Assembly (NCBI GenBank): GCA_022813965.1
Contig: JALDZS010000002.1
Location: 434,001-467,423, forward strand
Source: Toensbergia leucococca
Taxonomy: Eukaryota
DNA: 33,423 nucleotides
Direction: 5' to 3'
Part shown: positions 1-11,986 of the stretch, piece by piece
Layout of the letters: every line of letters begins with the position of its first letter
How positions within the stretch are numbered: position 1 is the first letter of the stretch
Made by a program: the position numbers and the translations under genes
Notes under the pieces: generated by a model
What the model saw: only the letters and a program-made list of their open reading frames with translations
Databases searched by the model: none
Told to the model about the DNA's origin: nothing

Positions 1-911
1 AGTCTAACATCTGGCCCCCATTGACGTATTCGAAGAGCATGTACCAGTGGTAATTTGTCCTCACCACATCGCGCATCGCACAAATATATGGATGGTCTAG
101 CAGGGTGACAATAGCTGCTTCTCTAGCTGTTCTGATCTCCTTTGACTGATCTGCACGCTCCCGGTCTCGGTGATTGTGGTGTTCGTCGGTTGACTGTCTA
201 GGTACGATCTTGACCGCTACCTGATGATATGAATTGATTAGCTCCATAGTTGCGTCCCTGAGTATACAACAGGTACTGGAGCAAATGAACCCATACCTGC
301 TCTCCAGTTTCTAGGTTCTTAGCTAGTTTGACTTTGCCCATGCTCCCTGCTCCTATAGTCTTGCCGAGAGACCAGTGCCCTGTCGTAGCCGCTATGGTAG
401 TCCGTCGTTTTGCGGTACTAGAAGCTCCTTGACCAGCTCCATCCACTTGTGTTCTTGCTCCACTTGGTGCATGTGTAGCTACTGGACCACCAGCGACAGA
501 AGATGCGATCCCGGTTCCCGACATGTCTGAGTTATACCGCGAGTGGCCAGGCCTTGAGGAGCTACGACGAGTGCTTCGAATAGACTCAGCCCTTTGTTTA
601 GTCGGCGGACCGGCATAAGCACGATCCCGAGAAGAGCTGCGACGCGATGATGAGGAGGGGCGAGCTAGAATAGTATTTTCGTAGTCTCTTCGCGCAACGC
701 CAGCAAGTGGTGTCTGATGAGAAGACGATGGAGCCCGATTATATGAGTGTGACTGTGAATTCGATCGAAGAGGCCCTGTAGATGTTAGTGGAGGCTTCGT
801 TGCAGCAGAAGAGGTTCGACTAGGTCGGTCGCCCGCAGGCGCAGTCTGGGATTGCTGTCGACGCGATGAGCTGCGTACAACAGTAGGAGAGGCCGTGGAT
901 GCTGCCGACAT
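1..911 (-). CDS. kin1: Kin1/Kin2 (Par-1/MARK family) Ser/Thr kinase, 5' part; exons 911-297 and 220-<1
   Basis: A Ser/Arg-rich N-terminus is followed by WSLGKTIGAGSMGKVKLA. Intron 296-221 (GTATGG..GCTAAT..CAG) joins to VAVKIVPR...KEIRTAREAAIVTLLDHPYICAMRDVVRTNYHWYMLFEYVNGGQMLD. The gene runs off the window. Confidence 0.93.
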
Positions 912-1716
912 TGCAGATCTTTAGGAGTCAACAAGATCAATGAATGTAGGTCCTGAGTCTTCGAATGCAGCGAATGCAAATTTGAGGTCGAGGTGAGATC
1001 TAACAGAACGATTTGCAAAGTCACAGTCGTCAGGAGGTTCGCGCCGAGGGTCAATGAGAGACCGAGGGATACCGACGTAGGGCCCTCAAGTCCTAAAAGT
1101 AGTAAGTCGAGTTCAAGGGACAAGTCTGCAAGATGGCAATCTAGGAAAGTCGGTCGAGATAGTTCATGGGTCCGGGTGGGTGGTTGGGTAGTATGGCCGT
1201 CTCGTAAGCGATCTAGTCACGCACCACTGAGCGGTGACGGAAAGCTTGGTCACACAGGTCGAGTGTCGAGTACTCCGTATGTAAAGGCGCGAAGGAAAGC
1301 AGCTCGTCAATGCTTCAATAGGACGTTACGACATGGATGCTTGAAAAGGAACTTCGAGTTTGGGGAAGGTGGTATCCGTAGTATGCCTGATCAGCGCTGA
1401 GGTGCAGAGAATGCTATGTGTAAAGTACGGCGTAGGTATGCTTGGAAGTTCGTGAGACTACCTTAATGAACCAAGCTTCTGAACCCTGTGTGCTGGAGTG
1501 CCTCATAGATTGTCGTATTGACTATGTCAATGGACTCATCTTGATATTGATATCAGTAGCACCGCTCAATAAGGTAACAGCGGTACCGCGTTAGTAAGTT
1601 TGAGATACGGCTAAGGAATTTACAATACAATGCTTAATTAAGCCTATCAAGACTGTCATAAGCAGTGGACTCAGGTCTGTTGGGTGATTATTTGAACATG
1701 CCTTGTCTGGATCATC

Positions 1717-3913
1717 ATGGCCCACAAACGATCGCGTGCAATCTACGAAGCAGATCTACAGCTTCAGCAATCGCCTTATGTTGTCTTTGGAACTCCACTT
1801 CCACCTTTGGACCCGGACGTCCGTGACGACGGATCATACGTCCCAGTCTGGAAACAAGAGGTTACTGATGAACAAGGGAGAAAGCGATTGCATGGCGCAT
1901 TTACTGGTGGCTTCAGCGCGGGGTATTCCTAAACCTTCTTCAAAGAGATACCGCTTTGGTCACGATTGACGATGGGCATGCAGATACTTCAACACCGTAG
2001 GCTCCAAGGATGGATGGACCCCTTCCACCTTCGTCTCGTCCCGGACAAAGAGGCAAAAGGATGCGGTCCCGACACAGCAGAGACCAGAAGACTTCATGGA
2101 TGACGAGGACATTGCCGACGCAGAAGAGGCGAAGAAACTACAAACCTCGGAGTCCTTTGCAGGCTTAGGATCCACAGCGGATGAAGTATCCAGACAGAAT
2201 TCCTTTATGGACATCTTGAAACCCAGCGGTGAGACTATGGGTGTCAAGCTTTTGCGAAAGATGGGTTGGCGCGATGGCCAGGGAGTTGGTCCAAGGGTGC
2301 GCAGGGAAGCACGGCTAGACGAGGAGGATGATCTGGGCTGCGGCGACGGGCAGGAATTACACCTCTTCGCTCCCGAGAATTCGCAGATGATATCATTTAT
2401 AAGGAAGAACGATCAGAAGGGCTTAGGATTTGGCGGACAAGATCGTCTTGCAGAAGGTTCGAAAACTGGGGTAAATGGCCAGACCGTCCCAGCTGATACT
2501 GAAGATGTCAATGCCACCAAGTTAATTAAGCCAATGAAATCAAAGAAGAAAAAGCCTGTGGCTAGAGGAGCGTTTGGAGTTGGGATACTGAACGACACTG
2601 GCTCGGACGACGAGGATCCATATCACGTGGGCCCTCAAGTCTCATACAACCGCATCATAGGAGGCGACAAAAAGAAGAAGAGGCCTGAAAACATCAGATC
2701 AGCAGCGAATCCGCTCCTTAGCTCGAAGCCCGTTTTCATCTCCAAAAGACTTGCCGCGACCAAAGATAGCGCGATCTTCCGCCGCTGTCACGATGGTCGT
2801 CTTCCTCTTGACAGCTTCATCCTTTCCAGCAATCCAGACCCTTTATCCTCAATTCTCTCGCAGGACAACAGATACCTCACCCCCACCGTCCCTTCCGACT
2901 GGAAATCTTCCAAAAGCCCCGTCAACCTCTCTACCTCAAACCCACCCTACCAATCACCCGCCTCCATCGCCAAAGCCTCCACGCTCTCGCCCAAATCCCG
3001 TGCCGCCCTCCTCGGTGAGACCCTTCTCCCCGGCAAATCCGTGTTTGACTACCTCACCCCTACCGCCCGTACACGTATCGCCTCCCTGACCAGCAACCCC
3101 AACCTCCCAGCCGCTCTTTCCGAAGCGCCAACGATCACGGCCTCCACACCCAAAAACCACCAATCCCTCATTCCCCCCCTTTCTCCCACCATTGCGCTCA
3201 CAGCCCTCAACCGCAGCACAACCGGCTGGCTCCCTTACGCCGAAGACCCCGAAAAACGCATCCGCTACCTTGCCTTTCTCTCCCACCACGCCGGCATCAG
3301 CACCACCCCGCTCTTACCACCCTCCAAAACCAGCCCCTCAGATTGGATCAAAGAACTAACCGAATTCGCCCACGCAGCCCAGATCTTCAAACCCATGACC
3401 GGCATGATGGCTACTAGATTCACTACTTCTACATCAATTGCTCAACCGCACCCAACCGACCACGCGACCACCCCATCAGACGAAGAAGAATTGATCACGC
3501 GCCCGGCGGAAAAGAGCAAAGATCCAGCCGAAGAGGCCGCTCGCGTAGGCATGTACGGCCCCTTGACGCGGTCAACAAAGGAGTTTTTTCCGACAAGACT
3601 ACTCTGCAAGCGATTCAACGTCCGGCCGCCGGCTCACGTGCAGGTCGATCCCGATGCGGCGAAGGCAGGTGGGGCTGAGGATGGAGGGGTGTCTGTGGCG
3701 TTACCGCAGAAGCGGTTAGAGTTAGTGGGGAAGAGGGAGATGGAGGAGTTGGTTAGGGAGAGAGGTGTTAGAGGAATTGGGGAGGGGGGAGCAGCGGTGA
3801 GTATGAGGGCGGAGATTGTGGTTGATCCTGAGAGGAACGAAACTTTGGAAGGGGAGAGGCCGGGAGAGGAGGTGTTTCGGGCGATTTTTGGGAGTGATAG
3901 TGAGGACGAGTAG
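1717..3913 (+). CDS. G-patch domain protein (GPATCH1/DUF1604-like splicing-associated factor); exons 1717-1922 and 1984-3913
   Basis: Intron 1923-1983 (GTATTC..CAG) restores [32 protein letters not shown]-patch [19 protein letters not shown]-terminal [17 protein letters not shown] and [12 protein letters not shown]. Confidence 0.9.
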
Positions 3914-4176
3914 AGATGGTACATGCATTGAGGCTCTTTTGTTGACACGTACTCTACGTGGTAGCTTGAACATTGCATTTCTCCTCATTACCTACTATGG
4001 GTGCTTCAACTTTGTGGGCAACAGGAGCACCAGCTCTTCGCAATACAATGCTGCAGACGTAAGAGTGCTCGATTCAAGACAAATTACGAGAGCGCTGAAA
4101 CGGGTATTATATGCATGTGCTTCGGTACTCCAACATTTACACTCACCCCGCGAAATTTTTGGCATTCTGAACAACT

Positions 4177-5415
4177 TCACCGCAGCCCTATAACACTCTA
4201 CAAAACCAAGTCAGCCTCAACAAGCACAGCTGCACTTCAAGAATCAAAGACTCACCATCTCCAACGTCCACACCCTTCGGATCCAAACTTTTAGCTTTCC
4301 CTCAACCCCATCGACACCCTCCAGTTCCACGCCCTCCCACCAACACCTCCTTGCCGGCTTCCTCCAAAACAGCAACAATTTCTGCGCCATCCCTACGGCA
4401 TTACTATTTGCTAGCTCCCCACCCCTGATATCCGTCCTCAGCCGTGCGAGCGCAAGGCTGCAGATGACCGCCTTGTTAGGTTCGCCGGCGCGATGGCCCC
4501 ATCGATCATCATTGTAAAAGCCACTATAGACGCGAAAAGAAGGTACTGTTAGCATATCCCTTCCGTTGTGTATGAAGATCAAAAGTGTCTTCCATACCCT
4601 GCAGTAAGCATTTCAATCAAATGCTGTTCCGTTGTTCCCGTCTCCTCACTGCGCCTCAACCCCGAAAATATTCCATCCTGCCCTAGCAGAGCTCTTCCAG
4701 CCGCCCTTTTGACCTCAATCATTTCCGGTTGGTCAATTTCCGCTTTTGGTGGTATCGCGTAGAAATCTAAATCCTCTCTAAGCACGATGATGCCTGCTCG
4801 ATCTTGAAGCATGTCGCGTGCAGAGCCTGGAGCGGCTTCGATGGCGCTTGCAGGAGTGGTGTGATTTTCTGTTGGCTCGGTTGCTGGGGAAGGGGAGGAA
4901 GAGTTGGAGGGAATGGTTTGCGCTACGGTGCGGAAGAATTCAAGCATATATTGGAGAGAGGCGGGATCATACTGATGGGATGAGAGCGTTTAGAATGCGA
5001 AAGAGTGTACAAAGACAGGGAGATCAGAGAACGTACGTCGACTGGGTAGACATCTCCTTCATGGAAGGAATTCATACCGCCATCAGGGAGGAGGCCATTG
5101 GGGAAGAGAGATAATAGGACAAATTCTGGGAGAGTAAGGAGCTCATCGCGAGAGAGAGTGAAGCGTGTGCCTCTGGTATTTATTGGTCAGCTCAATTGAG
5201 ATAGGGAAAACAGACAACAGATGTTTTATACCGTAGGTCAAGGGTGATATGCTCGTCCGCACCAACATCTGCAATACGCATTCATCAGCACTCATCCCAA
5301 CATTTGTAATCCGCAAGTATCTGGAACATAACATACCGCCTAGAGTAGTCGCAGGCGCAGCACCGCCCTGTTGCACCTGAGTGATTATGCTCGCAGCCCC
5401 ACCCGCAGCAGCCAT
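4177..5415 (-). CDS. whi2: Whi2 (BTB/POZ-like stress-response protein, Psr phosphatase partner), AUG form; exons 5415-5337, 5268-5232, 5172-5037, 4971-4598, 4523-4256, 4197-4177; probable N-terminal extension to 5835
   Basis: Five GT-AG introns give MAAAGGAASIITQVQQGG...DEHITLDLRGTRFTLSRDELLTLPEFVLLSLFPNG...VDYDPASLQYMLEFF...KLLLFWRKPARRCWW...KVWIRRVWTLEMSVIGLR*, matching filamentous-fungal Whi2 as I recall it. Confidence 0.88.
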
Positions 5416-6419
5416 GACGTAGGTAAATGAGTCAAGCGGACTCGATCCCTCTGTGTAAGGCGGCGGGGGCTCTCCGTCGTCTGCACCTTTACTTGATCCT
5501 TCGCCCTTGGTATCTGGTGGAAGGGCAGCTTTGGTCTCAGCTTCGACTCTTGCTGCTGGGGAAACTTGAGAGTCAAAAGGCGGCGCCGGACAAAAAGCTG
5601 GAAGAGCGCACGAATCAGGCTCGGTGACTGCAGTTTCGAAGCTGTCTAGAAGAGTGTGGGAAGGGAAGTAGAGTGACGAAAAAGGAGGCGGAGGTGGGGA
5701 CGCGGGAATCAAGGATGACGCTGGCGGCGGTGTATGTGCCCGCGAGGGTGTATAGGGGATCTCGGCTTCAAGGGCACGCAAGGAAATTTTGTCGGACACG
5801 GACGAGCCGTCACTGGAATCTCGTGTCGCCGACAATTTGATGGTGTTTTTGGACCTTGCTAGATTCGTTCGGTGAAGTCCCAATGGAGGCGCAGATAGCC
5901 CCGGCTCAAACAGGATAGATAGGTTGTGCGCTTTGAATGGCAAATGTCAATTGCATTGGACTTCATTCGAATTTTCGAACTTCTAGGCTTGTACGTCTTA
6001 GTCTTCCGATTGGTGAGGCGCAAACTCCAACGCGCTTGACACCAAGACAAGCCTATTCTCGTAAGGCTGGTTGGTCTCCTATGGTACTCGTACGAGCACG
6101 AGTACCTTAATCATGTCACCATTTGGCATCTTACTATATAACTTGGTGATTGATCACGAGAAGAGCAATAAGATCCACAGCGTTTTTTATATACACATGT
6201 TACTTTTATAATTCTTTATGAACGCTATCAAGCCAGCCCCTGAATCTCAAGATCCCGCCGAAAGAAACATCCCGATACATACGAGACGCTCTTATTCATC
6301 CGACCTCTTGGAAATTTAGGCTCTGCTGAGGTCTTTGCATCAGTCTGCGTTTCTCCTGTGCTTGGGTGCTACTCGTGATCATCTTGGTATGATGATCTGG
6401 AGATAACACTCCGTGGTAG

Positions 6420-7646
6420 TCACGCCATGGCATTCGATTGTCCACCTTCAATCGCCATAGTGTAAGCTTCAGACTTACCATGATCACTACTGTTGATCGC
6501 CCCACTCATGGTAGTGTCGCTTCTCTCAGGGTAGAATTCGCCCCCAGGATGGAGAGGCTGAGGCCGGAATGTCTAATGGCTTCATTAGCTAGCTCGTCCT
6601 ACGCAGCCTGAATCGCCGCAATTCATGAGCTTCGTCGGTCATGCTCAACTAGGTGCAAGATAATAGGGAAGGTACTCACGTCAACCAATTCATCTCCTTC
6701 TACCTGAACCTCCCGATCCCGTATTTTACGCATCAAAGAAAGAAAAGAGCTGTCGCGAAACTTCTGACTTTGATCGTGTTTCAGATTGTCAAGGAGCTGA
6801 CCCGCTGTTCTAGCAAGATCATCTGCATCATTGTCATGTGAGTTTTCCGGGATGGTGTCAGATCCTAATCGTTCTGGATCTACCAAACGGTTTAAAAGAA
6901 CATCCTCGGCTGTCCCGTTGTCGTGAGTCTCTTGATTTAGCTCAGTGCTTTGTTGCACCGGTTCTTCTGATCGTTCTGTTTCTAGCTTGGCGGCATCAAA
7001 GGCTCGTTCGAAGGCTTCTTCGTCAAAAATTTCGTCGAATTGGCGGTTTGGTTGCTCTTGCTGCACAACGGGGGAGAGTGGACTGTAGCGGCTTTGACCC
7101 ATCTCGTTGAGAGGGTTGAGATTCCCAAGACCAGGTCTTTGCTGTATGTTCCCTTGGTTATTAAAGTGTTGGCCTTGCTGGCGCATAAATTCGTTGTGCC
7201 ATCCCGCCGATGTATGCCGCTGCAAAGGAGCTTGCTGACGAAACTGAGACTGGGGTACCGGGGAGGCAAGTATATCGTCACGGTGTGCTCTTTGGAAGTC
7301 AGAGGCCCAGTCTGAGAAGGCGGCATCTGGTGGGTCTGGTGCATATGTACCTCCGAATGTATTGTATGGCAGTGTCTGGTAGTTGAATGGAGTGGGTCCT
7401 ATGGGTTGACCTGCTTGGAAAGCCTCAAATTCTGCATCCAGAATGCCTGCATTTGGCCCTGGTTGGGAACGGAAAGCCTTTTCAAAGTTGTATCAGTGGG
7501 GACTTCGACGACGTATCAGATGGGGTTATTACCTGGGCAGGTGACTGACGTGCTGTTAACCGATCTTGCTGTAAAGTCCTGTCAACCAAGGCATGCTTCT
7601 GGAAACTCTGCAGCGGATTGGAAGGACCGCATAAAGCGTCTGCCAT
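6420..7646 (-). CDS. pex20: Peroxin 20 (PTS2 co-receptor); exons 7646-7533 and 7477-6680, last exon 6572-6420 (alternative 6607-6599)
   Basis: N-terminus MADALCGPSNPLQSFQKH has the conserved ubiquitinated Cys. WxxxF motifs (WASDF, WHNEF) and a Pex7-binding-type segment (KFRDSSFLSLMRKIRDREV) are present. The 3' end is uncertain. Confidence 0.85.
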
Positions 7647-7926
7647 GTTATGGGTATCTGGCCAAGGACGGAGGATGGTATGAGAAGCGGAGGGTTCACG
7701 AAATCGGGCAGGGTTGCAATTGTACAAAGAATTCAAGGAGAGGTCAATTTGTCTACTCGTACGGAGTACTCTATCTCATGCTCCATGAGGCAATACGAGT
7801 AGAGTAGTTGCACCGAAAGTGCCGAGGCTCGCAAACTCCGGTCACCGTAGAGTGGTTGGCTCAGCCCTATGGACAGGTACGTATTTGCGAAATGTTTCTG
7901 TCCCCAAGAAGTCCAAAAATCACAAA

Positions 7927-9162
7927 ATGGTATTTCACGCTCACTGCTGCTGATCAGGGAAGCGCTGACAACCCCAGGCGCAAGTCATCACCAATTCCGG
8001 CCATGATGATATGATCGTACGTTCACCACCAGCCGCCGAACCACTCAAACAAACTATTTCCTTGCTCAAGAGCTAATAAGCACCTTGTTTCAAGCATGAT
8101 GCAGTATTAGATTACTATGGCCGACGACTGGCTACCTGCTCCTCCGACAAGACAATCAAGATCTTCGAAGTCGAAGGTGAAACCCACCGGTTAACGGAAA
8201 CGTTACGAGGGTCCGCATAGCCCCTAGCAACAGACACCTCTTGATCTCCAAACCCTCCATGCTGACCCTCCTCTTAGACATGATGGGGCAGTATGGTGCG
8301 TCTCATGGGTGCGCCTCCCTCTCCCTTACCATACTCTATCGTGCTCCAATACTCACCTCTCCTCCCAACCAGGCCCACCCAAAATACGGCAACATCCTCG
8401 CCTCCTGCAGCTACGACGGTAAAGTTCTAATCTGGCGCTCGCAAGCCTCGCAATGGCAAAAAGTAGCCGACTTCGCCATTCACACCGCATCCGTCAACGC
8501 GATATCCTGGTCCCCCCACGAAAGCGGCTGCCTGCTCGCTTGCGCCTCGTCTGACGGTAGGGTGAGCGTCCTGGAGTTTAATGACGGCAGCTGGGAGCAT
8601 AAAATATTCCCAGCGCATGGGCTGGGCGTAAATGCAGTGAGCTGGGCGCCAGCAATATCACCCGGGAGTCTTGTGAGCAGTAAGCCAGAGCCGGGGGCGG
8701 TGAGGAGATTCGTCACTGGGGGAAGTGACAACCAAGTCAAAATATGGGATTGGGAGTATATGCCATCCGCTTTCCTCCCCTTTCCACTATGACGGTTCGC
8801 AACTAATGCTAACGACCACGTCCCGTTCCCCCAGCCCCACCCAAAAATCCTACACCCAAACCACCACTCTCTCAGGCCACACGGACTGGGTCCGTGACGT
8901 CGCCTGGTCGCCCACCGTCCTCCAAAAATCCTACATTGCCTCCGCTTCGCAAGACAAGACTGTACGCATCTGGACCTCGGACCCGGCGCATCCGCACGAT
9001 TGGCAAAGCACGGTACTGCCACCGTTTGAAGCCGTAGTGTGGCGGTGCAGCTGGAGTTTGAGCGGGAATGTGCTGGCGGTTGCCGGAGGAGATAACAAGG
9101 TTAGTCTGTGGAAGGAGAACCTGAGAGGGGAGTGGGATTGTGCGAAGTGGATTGAGGAGTGA
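7927..9162 (+). CDS. sec13: Sec13 WD40 protein (COPII, Nup84 complex, SEA/GATOR2); exons 7927-7929, 7978-8016, 8095-8209, 8278-8308, 8373-8755, 8835-9162
   Basis: An ATG-only first exon and five introns give [40 protein letters not shown]...[18 protein letters not shown]...[13 protein letters not shown]...[15 protein letters not shown]. Confidence 0.96.
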
Positions 9163-9661
9163 GTGATGGTGTAGGATGGGGGTAGAATAAGTTTTGGAGG
9201 AGTCGAACAGCTAGAAGGGCGTTCTTTACGTGCAGATGATGTATCGAACGGAATCAAGTAAAAGTATTTCGACGATCTGAATTTCCTAATTTGTGCCGCT
9301 AAGTACATGCGATCATTCTCCTTAGATTCAAAGTTTAAATCGCTCAAAATGCAGGTCGCCAACTTTATGTTTTGCAGTATGAGAAACCAGTGTTACGAAG
9401 AGATCGAGAGCAGGCTGACTACGACTAGCGAGTCGACCTGCTATCTCGCTATCTTCGACCATCCTCCTTACTGTGGCTTTCCAGAGTCTCGGGATATGAA
9501 GCGCCTAAATGCCGATCAAGATGTTGCTGCTGTATCTGTCGCTAATATTGGGAAACAAATTCATCTCATCCATGAGCATCATTTCTTCATCCACCGCGTC
9601 ATAATCATGTATGAACCAGCCATACTTCCATCATCACCACATCTTACCGATACTTTCCTGT

Positions 9662-11414
9662 CTATACGGCCGGCACGTTCCAGAAAATAAATGGCCCGGT
9701 GCAAGCTCTTTCCTCACTGTCATCCAACGGACTCCACCACCTACCTAGCATCATCATTCCTCCTGGTAACACAATTCCCTCATAAGCCCAGCACCCGTTC
9801 CCAATATCCATATCCACAAGCTCAGAAGAGTCGGAAGAAGAGGCGGCGGAGAGAGGTTGAAAGTGCTTCATCAGCGTGATGCGCTGCCAGCCGGGGATGC
9901 CGTGCTGAGGCGGGAGAGCATGGACGTTGCCTGCACAGTGGAAGGCTTCGGCGTCGTTGCCGGTGCCGATGAAGGGTAGGTAGTCACGACCTTTTCGAGG
10001 TTTAGGTATTTTTTCGAATGAATAGGTGCTTGGGGATGGAGGAATTGAGCCTGGAGAAGCTAAGGAGGATGGGGGAGTTAAAGAGGACGGAGGAGCTGGA
10101 GAGAACGGAGGAGTTGAAGGAGGCGAAGGAAGGTATTTGGAACGTTGGCGGTTGAGGGAGATGAGCTCTTGGGTGTGATCACGGTGGTTTTGGTGATTGA
10201 AATTAACGCCGTATTTGAGGGTTCCTACTAATTCTGGTAGGGGAAGGGAGTGGAGATGCTTCTCGAAGGCGCGAGGCCACGGAGTTGAGGAAAGACTCGA
10301 GAAGTCAATGTTCAGTGTTTGAAAACCATCGTTGTAATCGATGGAATCGGTGAAAATATTTGAGCCTGGTTCTTCTGAGCGTATGTGTTGAATGTCGTTG
10401 ATATCGTGAAGGTATGCTTTATTTGAATTTTGTCAGTTTGGATACTCTTGACGATTGGACTCTAAGCTAGATCAATTGGCCTAGGTGCTTACAATAGCTT
10501 CCCTTCCAGTGACTACCCAGCTTCTTTGGTCCCTGCTCGAGGCGTCCTTGCCAGCCTCTAGGCTTCTCATCGTCTTCCAACTCCTGGAAGAGATGGTATA
10601 AGGTCGCTTCTTCTGGGAGAGTCAAGTGATATTTGAAGAAATTTGCAACGTGTAAAAGGTACTCGATATTTACTTTGCGCATGTGCGAGTCTAGGAACAT
10701 GGGACAAGTGTTTGGATGGCTATAAACAACTTGTTGAGATGTGGGGAAGCCATAAGTACGACGGCAAGATGGTAGTTCAAGGGTCCAGTGCGTGAACAGG
10801 AGTTGAATGGTCTCCATAAGAGGATCGGTGATGCCGGGGCGAGATTGCACGAAGAAGATGTTGGAAAGAAGGTCGGTCGTGAGGACGAAGCGACGAAGCT
10901 GAGCGACATTATTGGAGATCAGCTCGCTGGTGACATCTTGGCTGATGCCAGCATTGACAAAAGACTCTGCAGATTGTCAGCGTTAACTTCAATCTTCAAG
11001 CCAAGTGGATTTGAGGTGCAGAAGTCTCAGTTATCTTAGGCTACTTACCGACAATCAGATCTCTCACCAACTCCAGTGCACGCCTCTCCACAAAGTCTTG
11101 CCCGTATTGAAAACGAACAGGACGACGCAAAGTTTTCTGTCGCAGCTGATACTTTGTCTTAAGCTCGTAACTTAACTTTCGAGGAGGCAGATCAAAGGAT
11201 CGAGCGAAACGCTGACGCCAGATACCAGATCTCGACGAATTGACAGCAGCGCGAGCCTCGTGACATGTAAGAGTAAATGAAGACAGATCACTGTCCAACA
11301 TCAAGTAAGAAGCGATGTGTTCGTTGATCTGTATTGAGAGCCAAGTATCAGTAGCCAAGGCTTATTTGAAGAGACTGCATGGCATACCTCAATTGGCAAA
11401 ATGTTGAAAGCCAT
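9662..11414 (-). CDS. F-box-like protein with a fungal-specific C-terminal domain; exons 11414-11388, 11328-11049, 10966-10493, 10416-9662
   Basis: Splicing gives MAFNILPIE/INEHIASYL (F-box pattern) and an open frame through WKGSYSYL, a Pro/Ser linker, GIPGWQRITLMK and CWAYEGIVLPGGMMMLGRWWSP...GPFIFWNV*. Confidence 0.75.
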
Positions 11415-11986
11415 CTTACCAAGCAAAGGCAGCGGTGGAATGGCAGGCGAGACGAGAAAGTTACAGCTTCAGTGAACAGTGAGGTTACGTAGCTAGTGAA
11501 TAGAGAGGGTGCTTGGATATGGGAGCAAGGAAAGGACGAACTCAAGTTGTCATGTCTTGTGCAGGTTGGATGGAGTGAAGTTGTCAATGAGAAGTGGCAA
11601 TTGTAAGTCAAAGTAAGTTATATGGAATGGGTGGCTGGTGTTTACCTTAGGTTAGATAAGGTACCTTAGTCTGAGAGTGAATGAGGGGCGAAGGTTCCGA
11701 AATGGTTTTTCCTTTTGCCATTCGAGATTGTTGATGCTCAAGACCACATGGCTTAGGATAATTACCTTATCCGTACCACATCCCTACCTGCTTCCTAGTA
11801 ATTGATACACCCGAGACACCTTACCTAGGTATATCCGAGTACGAAATGTGATTCTTATTGTCAGAACCATGTAAACACTATTGTTCTTGAATTTTCATAC
11901 TAGGCCGCATTGATGCCAGGAGTATCCGAGATGAAAAGACCTTTGCAATATATTCTGTTTTTTAAATTAAAACAGTACCCTCTTCA

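Noticed and set aside
785..1400. ORFs of 112 and 135 aa upstream of kin1
   Set aside because: Non-ATG starts and no protein features; this is the UTR and divergent promoter region.
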